In this document: piece by piece, positions 53,778 to 64,000 of the stretch
Numbering within the stretch: the first letter of the stretch is position 1
Layout: the number at the start of each line of letters is the position of its first letter
NCBI RefSeq assembly: GCF_009914755.1
Contig: NC_060926.1
From: the human T2T-CHM13v2.0 reference genome, Homo sapiens
Strand: one strand, 5' to 3'
Length of the DNA: 64,000 nt
Notes under the pieces: model-generated
Told to the model about the DNA's origin: nothing
Databases searched by the model: none
The model's input: the letters and a program-made list of their open reading frames with translations, nothing else
Translations under genes and position numbers: made by a program

Positions 53778-55543
53778 CTCTTTTTTTGTAAGATAAAAAT
53801 TTCTAAAGTATATGATAATCATACAAATGTATGACAATAAATGACAAGATATGAAAGCACTTAGTGCCCCGTTGTATTTGTTATTTTTTGTTTGTTTCTT
53901 ATTTTTTATCTGACTGTATTTTGTACCCCTTAACCAACTTCTCTTCATTCCCCACTCCTCCATCTCCTTCCCAGTCTCTGGTAACCATCATTCTACTCTC
54001 TACCTCCATGAGATCCACTTTTTAAACTCCCATATACAAGTGAGAACATGCAATATTTGTCACAGAAAGCCTGGCTTATTTCATTTAACATAATGACCTC
54101 CCGTTCCATCTGTGATGGGATTTTTTTCTTTTTATGACTGAACAATATTCTATTGTGTATACATATACACCACATTTTCTTTATCTGTTCATTCATTGAT
54201 GGACACAGGTTAAATCCACATTTTGGATATTGTTAATAGTGGTCTTAAACATGAAAGTGCAGATATCTCTTTTATATACTGATTGATTTTCCTTGGATGT
54301 ATACCCAGTAGTAGAATTGTTGAATCATGTGGTAGTTCTATTTTCAGTTTTTTGAGGACTCTCCATACTATTTTTCATAATGGCTCTGCTAATTTACATT
54401 CCCACACAGTATGTAAGAGTTTCTCTTTCTCTGCATCCTCACCAGAAGTTATTTTTTATCCTTTCGATAATAGCCATTGTAACTGGGGTGAGATGACACC
54501 TCATTGAGGCTTTGATTTGCATTTTCCTTATGATTAGTAATGTAGAGCATGTATTCATATACCTGTTGGCCATTTGCATGTCTTCTTTTGAGAAATGTCA
54601 ATTTAGGACTTTTGTTTATTTTTTAATTGGGATCTTTCTTTTTGCTATTGAGTTGTTTGAGTTTCTTACATATTCTGATTATTAAGGTCTTGTCAGAGGG
54701 ACATTTGCACATATTTTCTCCCATTCTGTAAGTTGTCTTTTCACTCTGTTGATGATTTTTGTTTTTGTTTTTGTTTTTTTTTTTTTTTTTTTGCTGTGCA
54801 GGCACTTTTTAGCTTGACATAATCACATTTATCTATTTTTACTTTTGTTGCCAGAGCTTTTGAGATCTTACCCAACTAATCTTTGCCCAGATCAATGTTC
54901 TGTAACATTTCTCCAGTGTTTTCTTTTAGTAGTTTTCTAGCTTCAGGTCTTACATGTACATCTTCACTCCATTTTGTGTTCATTTTGCATATGGTGAAAG
55001 AAGAAATCTAGTTTCATTTTTCTACATATAGATATCCAGTTTTCCCAGCACCATTTATTAAAGAGACTGTCCTTTCTTCAATGTATGTTCTTGGCACCTT
55101 GGTCAACAATGAGTTCGTTGTAAGTGAATGAATTTATTTCTCGGTTCTCTATTCTGTGCCATTGTTCTATGTCACTATGTCTGTTTTATACCAGTACCAT
55201 GCTGTTTTGATTACTATAACTTTATAATATAATTCAAAATAAGGTAATGTGGTGCCTCTGCTTTTGCTGTTTTTGTTCAGGATTTCTTTAGCTATTTTGG
55301 GTGTTTTGTGGTTCCATACAAACTTTAGGATTTTTTTTTCCTATTTTTGTGAAATGACGGATCTCTACAAGGAAAACTATACAACACTGATGAAAAAAAA
55401 ACTGAAGAAGAAATACACAAAAAATGAAGAGCTATCCTACCCTCATGAATTGCAAAGCTTAATATTGTTAAAATGTCTATCCTACCCAAGGTGACCTACA
55501 AATTCAAGGCAAACCCTATCAAAATACCAATGACATTCTTCAC
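53778..55543 (-). mobile_element. L1MA-type LINE-1 with inverted 5' segment (55354-55543 on +)
   Basis: Antisense ORF2/3'UTR at ~53900-55353, then sense ORF2 (gatctctacaaggaaaactat...atgacattcttcac); 16-bp TSD actg(t/g)aagtctaattt at 53762 and 55542. Confidence 0.85.
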
Positions 55544-55675
55544 TGGAAGTCTAATTTTTTAATGAAAGATATCTATCTACCTACTCAAAGCTCTATTCTG
55601 CTGACAGTCTTAGGTAATAGATTCAAGAAAAACCTGAAAACAGAACTTTCTTTCCTTTAACCCTTAGATAAAAAC

Positions 55676-55755
55676 AAGAAGAAGAGGAAGAAGAAGAAGA
55701 GGAAGAGGAAGAGGAAGAAGAAGAAGAGGAGGAGGAGGGGGAAGAGGAAGAAGAC
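55676..55755 (+). repeat. (GAA/GAG)n polypurine tract
   Basis: ~80 nt of only A and G. Confidence 0.9.
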
Positions 55756-55791
55756 AAAAAGAGAGAAAAGATACAGAATAACATTTATGCA

Positions 55792-56074
<283 letters not shown>

Positions 56075-58254
56075 AGGAGGTGACTTTCTATATCTATATG
56101 GTGTTGGTTTCATGCTGACTTGCTGCTTTCCAGTGGCAGTCATTTCTTCTTTCTTCCGCTTCCCCACACACATTGCCTCATTGTATTTTTTTCTCTCTCT
56201 GACTTCTATCTTCAATGTCTCTTTATTCGCAGATCAAGTCTTTACTCAGGATTATAGTTGCTTTATATGTGTGAAAATAGTTTTAAACCACTCCAAAAAT
56301 AATAAATATACTTCTATCAAATACCGTGACTTAGTGATTGTGAGGCCACATCCAGAAATAGCTAGGACAGGTGAGGTAATGGGAGCCACTCAGGATGCTT
56401 CAGGACCACAGCCATGTACCAGCTATCATGGAATTACTTAGATATTGTAACAACAGCTACAGCAGTACCAGTGTGTGTCTGCCAAGTATCAGTGTTGCCT
56501 TTCTTTTCTGTGTCCATGTATAAACATTCTTGCATTCAGAAACTCACACCTAGGAACCAAAGAATTTAGAGTATATGTTGAATTTGAGAGCTAAAAATAT
56601 TTAGAGATTACAAATCCCAAGTCCTTGTTTTAGAATAAAGAGTCATGTGTGACATACACTCACAAAGCTTTGTGCAGCAGAGTTCAGGCCAGATCCAATG
56701 TCTTCTAAATGTGCCATATTCTTTTTCAACAACATCAAGCAGAGAGTGCCTATTACACTAAGTAGATTTTCTATCACATTGGTCTTCAGCTGGAGGAAAA
56801 TCAATTTCAGGCGATCGACCAGAGAATTAAAAGTCTTACTTAAGTTGTTAAATGTTACTGGTTCTCATGAAAACACAAATCTTCTCTACATCCCGCTCCT
56901 CCATCAAGACATTTGGACAGAAAGTAATGATAGGCAACTTATACAAAAAGGACTACTGAAACTTATGGAAACCAATAACTTCACAGGTCTAGTTTGTGGA
57001 AACGCCACAGGAAATTAACTAGCAGACCACATTTCTCTCCAGTTCTATATTCACTGCACTTTAAGAGGCATCGTGTTATTCTAGAAAGTGCGTCATCTTT
57101 GGTAGCAGACAAATACGGCACAAATCTCAGCCTGGAGATTTTGCCAGCAGTTAAAACTTGGGCAAATGCTTAATCTATATATTTCTCATTTCCTAGATTT
57201 ATAGAATAGGCCTAATAATACTTACAACCTGGTTGTTATAAGACATAAGATGAGAAATCTATGTGTCACCCGTAAATCACAAACTTCACCTGCCTGTGGC
57301 CACAAAATAATGTTACATTTTCTTTTCAGGTCTAAACTATCATCATTCAAATTCTTTCCAGCAAACTTCTGGCGAATCTCCTCCTCAAAGTTTTCCAAGT
57401 GTTTTCCAGCATTCCAGCATCCCAGCATCCTGCCTCCCATGTAGTCCAGAACAAATCTGTCAGATTCTTCCCCTTGCCTCCCCTATGCTGTGGACCATCG
57501 TCATGATAGCATTGCTCTTCTGAACACCTATTTTTTAGAACAGCCCCCTCTTCCCCACCCCACTGCCTTCTCCCTGGGCTTTTTGTGAGCTTGCTGCTCA
57601 ATCCAATTTCCTAAATCATAATTGGGAGATGACTATGGAGGATGTGGTTTGCCCCAAACTTGACTGAGGCTTAGAAATTCAGAGAGTACTTTATAGCTGC
57701 TTCCATCCCAGATACCCAAATTCTACCTTAAATCTCCTCAGTAGGTGAATGCCCTGCCTATCTCCCAGCCTGCCTCCTTGCATGGGGGCCCACTAACTCT
57801 CACCTCTAGAGTACTCCTAACACTCTCATGCTTAGAGTCCAGGACTAACTCTTCTTCCCTACCTGGGGCCCAAGAGAAGAAAATTTTCTTTCTCTTCAGT
57901 GATCCAAGGGCCAGATGTGTAGCCCCTTCCTTCTAGGATGATTGACAGTGATTTATCTTCCATTCAGGGCAAAATCATACCTCATTGCTAATGGTCTGGC
58001 CCAATGGCTCAAATATAGCAACTACCAGAGCCAATGGGAGATTTCCTAAAATCTAGTTTATTCAATATTCAATTATGCCTTATGTAGGACAAGGGTAGCT
58101 CAGTCCACATCACTAAGACCAGCCCAATATTTTGTTTATTTTTCCTCAAAGTGATTCTTCTGGAATGAAATACAAAAACATGAAAAATTATGCATTGCTC
58201 TTGTATTGTTCTGGTCTCCTATTTTGATCTCCTGTGAATAAAGGGTCAGTCCCC

Positions 58255-58345
58255 CACACACAGACACACAGACACACACATATACACACATACACACACC
58301 CATTTGCATACATACAAACACTCATGCATAAACATGTGCACATGC
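58255..58345. repeat. Imperfect (CA)n microsatellite
   Basis: cacacacagacacacagacacacacatatacacaca... Confidence 0.85.
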
Positions 58346-58674
58346 GAGAGATCTAAGAGAAAAAAATGGAGGAGGTCCAAAGACAAATGATAACGTAACC
58401 CCGCAAATCAGAAACTTCCTAGAAATGCACAGTTGATGTGGTTTCAGCTTAAAACATTTTTTTGACCTCCAATCCCCTAAGGCATCTAGTAATATTTATG
58501 GCTATTGTAATTTGTTATTATTATTTGGATAAGTAGGACACAGTAGTAGTAATTTGTAATAACCAAACTAAGTAAATGGAGATCAGATACTAAATCTTAA
58601 GTGGTAGTCCTCAGAAAAAAAAAAAAAAAAAGCAAACTATGGCTAAAGTCGCAGAGCATGAAGATACAGAGCTA

Positions 58675-58860
58675 CCATTTCTTACCTACTTATTGCTACA
58701 TACCATGGCCACTTTACCAACTATTTACTTTACACAGTAACCTTAAATGTTAGGCATTATCCCCATTTTATGTATGAAGCAATTTGCCTAAAATGACCCA
58801 GCCAGTAATTTGTGGAACTACAGTCCTTGCCTGATCTATTTGACACAAAGGTCAGTGACC
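58675..58860 (-). mobile_element. MIR SINE
   Basis: attatccccattttatgtatgaag...atttgcctaaaatgacccagccagtaa. Confidence 0.6.
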
Positions 58861-59049
58861 TTCCTAATATCTCTCAATAAATTCTTCCATCTGCGTCATA
58901 CCTGGACAAACAGTACATGATGTTGAAGAAGATGGTGATGTTGAAGATAAGAAATAAAAAGAAAGAAGACAAGGACTTTTGATATTTTATGATGATTCAC
59001 ATCTTTAATGTACGAATACTTGTCAAGCAGAATGACAGCATTTATTCTT

Positions 59050-59349
<300 letters not shown>

Positions 59350-59404
59350 TCAGCATTAATTTTTTTCTTGAGTTTTAATATAATAGAAACAAATCACAAG
59401 GATG

Positions 59405-59790
59405 AATTCATTCATTCATTCATTCATTCATTCACATAATTCAGCCAACACTGATTGAGCAGCTACCATGTGGCAGTCATCATCTTAGGCATGAAGATAT
59501 GCAAAAGAGAAGACTCTTGCTTTTGTTAATCTTGCAGTCTAATGGGGGAAGCCAGCAATAAAATCACTAAGTACTCTACATTGTTGAAAGCACTCTAAAT
59601 AAGATAAGGGCAAGGTGATGTGGGTAGTCACCCAGCTCAGAGAATGAAGAAAACCTCCGCGAGGCACTGACTCAGGATCCTGAAGGAGGAATAGGCACTA
59701 ACTAGGTGGACATGGGCTATAAAAACAGGAAACAGCATGGGTCAGGCACTGAGGTGTGAAAAGGCTTTATGCCTTTGGAAAATTCTAAGT
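59405..59790 (-). mobile_element. L2 3' end with (TTCA)n tail
   Basis: (ttca)n then actgattgagcagctaccatgtggcag...cttgcagtctaatgggg. Confidence 0.7.
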
Positions 59791-59827
59791 AGGTCTCTTT
59801 GAAGCTTGGATAAGTAATGTTTGCACT

Positions 59828-60194
59828 TGTATTAGTCTGTTTTCACATTGCTGTAAAGAACTGCCTGAGGTTGGGTAATTTATACAGGAAAGAGGATTGA
59901 TCGACTCACGGTTCTGAATGGCTGGGGAGGTCTCAGGAAACTTCCAATCATGGCAGAAGGTGGAGAAGAAGCAAGTACCTTCTTTACAAGGTGGCAGGAG
60001 AGAGAGAGCGCACACAGGGGAAACTGCCACTTTTAAACCATCAGATCTTGTGAGAACTCCCTCACTATCATGAGAAAAGCATGGGGGACACCACTGCCAT
60101 GATCCAATCACCTCCTGTGAGGTCCCTCCCTCAACACATGGGGATTACAATTCAAGATGAGGTTTGGGTGGGGACACAGAGCCAAACCATGTCA
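59828..60194 (-). mobile_element. THE1D-like solo LTR (ERVL-MaLR)
   Basis: tgtattagtctgttttcac...ggtggggacacagagccaaaccatgtca; 5-bp TSD GCACT at 59823-59827 and 60195-60199. Confidence 0.9.
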
Positions 60195-60359
60195 GCACTC
60201 TAAGGCTTAGTTTCCTCATCTTTGAGTTAGACATTGTAAAGTACCTTCTTCGTAGAGGTGAATGGTTTGTTTTCCCTAAAGTGACTTAGTTCTTGGCACA
60301 GTTCTTGGTCCTTGATAAAAAGCTCCATGAAGGTTAACTGTTATAATTATGTAGAACAT

Positions 60360-61150
60360 TGTTGGCCATGGTGGATTTGCTTTTGGTTAACAGCAACAGA
60401 AATACAGAAAGTCTCAGTCAAATTGACTTAAACAATGGTTTCTGGATTTCTAATGTGAAAGGTGAATGAATAAGCCAAACTTCAGGCATGGCTCTCTGAG
60501 AGACACATCCTGAGGTAAGCTGGCAAATTGTTAAAAACCAGCTCTGGGGGGACAGGGAGGAAGAGAAAAGGGAAGGAGAAAGGAGAGGAGAAAAAGAAAT
60601 AGCAGCTCTGATTTTTAGTTTTTGCAAAATTCTGTGGTGTAAATATCCTACCATGGCCAATTTTGAGCTGCCAAGATGACCTTAATGGGCTCATAAAACT
60701 CCTGAAATCTTAATACTCAGCTCTCATGAGGTGGAACAAGGTGGCTCCAGTATCCCACTGGGTCCAGCTGTTTCCCTGAGTTTCTCCTCACCTCCATGTC
60801 ACCTTCATCCTGAGAATGGCTTTTCACATGATCCCAAAATGGTTGCTGGAGGAAATGGTGTCATGTTTCTATGGGAATGAGGAAAGGGGCAAAAAAAAAA
60901 AAAAAATGCTTCTCACATCATGGGAAAGAAGACTCAAGTTTCACTCTGATTGGACCTCTGAGCCAGTCACTTGATCAAGGGCTTACTATGGTTCAGACCC
61001 TTTAGGGTAACTTATAGCTGGGGATGGGCCAGTCTCACTCAAATGAAATAAAGAGAGAACATGGGTTCTCAAAATCTGTTAGCTGCCATTAGGAAGAGAA
61101 TCAAAGGGGCGTGAATACTAGGTGAGCTACTGGCAAAAGCCTGAGATACC
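60360..61150 (-). mobile_element. MLT1(K/L)-type LTR (old), interrupted by MER63
   Basis: agcaacagaaa...aaattgacttaaacaa...cttcaggcatggct; ctctgattgg...tgagccagtcact. Confidence 0.5.
60510..60761. mobile_element. MER63-like hAT-Blackjack MITE
   Basis: gtggtgtaaatatcctaccatggccaattttgagctgcc...ctcctgaaatcttaa...ggctccagtatcccactgg. Confidence 0.7.
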
Positions 61151-61270
61151 GCCTAGGGAGTTTATGCTTTACTGGGAAGATAACATAAGGATTTGGGGTA
61201 TGTGCATCCTTGGAAAATTACTCTCCCTGTATCAGATGCCAATCCTTGCTTTAAAAGCAAGCACTATTTC

Positions 61271-61641
<371 letters not shown>

Positions 61642-63559
61642 TCACATCAAGGAAAAATGTTTATTATGCTAGCTCAGGTTTTAACTTCAAGAATTTTATA
61701 AATAGGACCTAACTTATAAAGAGGCAATTTATGAAGATCCTCTTATTTTACAGATGAAAATTTGTTTTGATTCTCTAAGTTCCTGCATATTTTGAGGGGG
61801 GAAAAAGATGGACTCAATTAAACCTTAACTGAATGGTAAATGAGGTGGTGATTTTATTATGTCATCCACAAGATAATGCATAAGCAAGAAGAACCTGGGG
61901 GCAATTAGCCTCTTGAGAGATTCTAATATTTTGATAAGTCACAGAAATAAATTCTGAGCAATTTAAAGAAGAATTCTATTAATTGCAGTATTCTCTTTCC
62001 CATTTAAAAAAAAATGGTTGCTTGAGTGTCTTCTTGCCTTTTTTTATCATGTATTTCTTGAACTTCTTTGCAACTTTTTAGCCCCCTTACATTTGCCTCT
62101 GGCTGATTTTAAATTATGCTAATTGGAAGAGGAGAAAATGCTGGTAATGGAATAAAATGGAATGCTATTTCTTATAGCATCTGGTGCAATCTGAGCCATT
62201 TAAAAGTGCATCTTATGGAATAGAGCTCTGAATACGTAGTGCCAGTCTGATTACAAACAACATGGGTCTCATTAGAATATGTCAATCTGATTGCTAGGTA
62301 GTGATACACTGCAGATTACTAGGCCATAATTGCCTCTTACATATTATGTGTATAATATATAGCTTCTCTGGGTGTATGTTAAAGCCACTTTCTCTCATGG
62401 CTATCTTTTCCAGCTCTACACAAAGAAATGCCTATGTTCCACTAAGTTGATTTTAACTGGGGTCCGTAGGTCCTAATTCTATTTTCTTCTGAGTATTCAT
62501 CAAGTTTTCTACAGCAGTGCTATAAACAAAGAATTATGTCCAGAGCAATTGCCAGAAATAAGATATGTCAGGCGTCTATTACCCACTCAACTGGGAGCCA
62601 TCAGTGGCTCAAGGCACTTCCTCCAAAAGGAAAGGGTAAAATAACTGAGGTTAAAGCCCACTATAGCTCCATGTCTTAATTTGCTTGTTGATTTGTGTCA
62701 TGCATTTTTTCATTGTCAAAACCCATTTGGCTCTTTACTGTAGCTGGAAGAATGCAAACATCTTAGCCCAGGTCACGATTTTGGTGCACACTGTGCCCTA
62801 CATGATTTAAAATCACCTATGTGAGCTCTGAAAGCAGGACTTCAACATTCCCACTTTCCAGTAGCACAATCTCTCCAACACTTGCTCTACACCATACATG
62901 CCCTATCCCCGCCAGTACTACAGCCACCTAGCCCAGCAATGTAAAAAAGCCAAACTCCACTCAGCTGCAAACCTAGCTAAATACTTGGAATATGCCTTGG
63001 GGTGTAGAGGTAGAGGATTCAAGAGACTTGAGCTTTTGTATCGACTGTAGAGCCATAAGCTATGCAACGTGGAGTGAATCTGATTGCTGCTCTTTCAGAT
63101 TTTTCATCTGACACTCCAAAGAATAGATTTCCAAAATGTATTTCAGAGAATTTTTATTCCATGGAGATGTTAAAAGGGATTCATTTCCAAATAGATTTGC
63201 AAAAGGTTACGGTAAATTGGCAAAAATTGGTTTCTTTACTATAGGGCTTCTCAGAGTCTATGATATATCAATGTGCCTTATGAATCTACAGAAAAGGGTT
63301 GTGAAATACATTATTGTTACTCAATCTTATTAGGCCATAGAGACTTCCCTGCCCTAACCTATCTTCCGCTGAATAATACTCATTGACATCTTATCATCCT
63401 AATGTCATATCTAAATACTCACTCTCTGTTGTGCTACATTTGGACGGTATCTCCTGCAAATGGACTCATTCACATGGCCTGACTGGTCCATATAGACATC
63501 TGTGTTTGTATAGTAGTTTGTATAGTTGTGCTTTCTATAGTAGTTTTCCATAGAATTGA

Positions 63560-63720
63560 TTAAACTGAGTTCTCAGAACATCCTGACAAAGTAGGGAGCA
63601 CTTTCTGACATTTTAAAAATGAGTAAACAGAATTTCAGGGAGGTTAAGTGATTTTCCCGAGGTCACACAACCAAAAAGTAGCCAAAGCGGAATTTACATG
63701 AAGTATTTTATTACATCTTG
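63560..63720 (-). mobile_element. MIR SINE
   Basis: cattttaaaaatgagtaaacag...ggaggttaagtgattttcccgaggtcacacaacca. Confidence 0.7.
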
Positions 63721-64000
63721 CTCAGTCTGTACCTCAGTTAATTTTCCTCTTGTCTTGGGATCCATTTTTTGCTTCTATTTAGTTAATAACTAGTCTCTCT
63801 TTGTCACAGGCCATCATCAAAGCGAAGAATGGCATTTGACAAGTGCTATCCATGGCTTTTATGCTTAGAACACAAAAATGATAATTAAGGAAAATCACTA
63901 CCTTCTCCCCAGTTATATATCAGATGGCTGTATCTTAGTGATAACAGATTATACTCTGCTTTTAGTAAAAAGTAGAATATGGAGATCAATTCTTACAAAA

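Noticed and set aside
57310-57444. Strong acceptor ttttcttttcag at 57329 with ORF 57250-57444
   Set aside because: The upstream part is MIR-like, the peptide is unrecognisable and I found no convincing donor.
63785-63890. Acceptor-like ctctctttgtcacag at 63809
   Set aside because: Only short open frames follow and no known peptide is recognisable; it cannot be supported without RNA data.

Overview
Primate (very probably human) non-coding genomic DNA, intronic or intergenic. I recognise no host protein-coding gene, RNA gene or CpG island. The supplied ORFs are Alu/L1/LTR read-throughs, repeat translations or chance ORFs. The window holds about 15 Alus, a 5'-truncated L1PA2-type insertion, an old L1M with a 5' inversion, solo LTRs (THE1, MER51, MLT1/2, LTR33-like), hAT/Tigger relics, and MIR/L2/CR1 fragments. 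It also holds two large minisatellites. The first is a ~3.25-kb array of ~100 x 32 bp (14630-17877) that appears to have been amplified from inside an ancient CR1/L3 ORF2 and carries a TAATCC/TAATCT homeodomain-type motif in nearly every unit. The second is an AT-rich 35-bp array (~30170-31130) bracketed by two copies of the same palindrome. Repeat subfamily names come from my recall of consensus sequences, not a database search. I cannot demonstrate a new biological system; the best leads are listed as findings.
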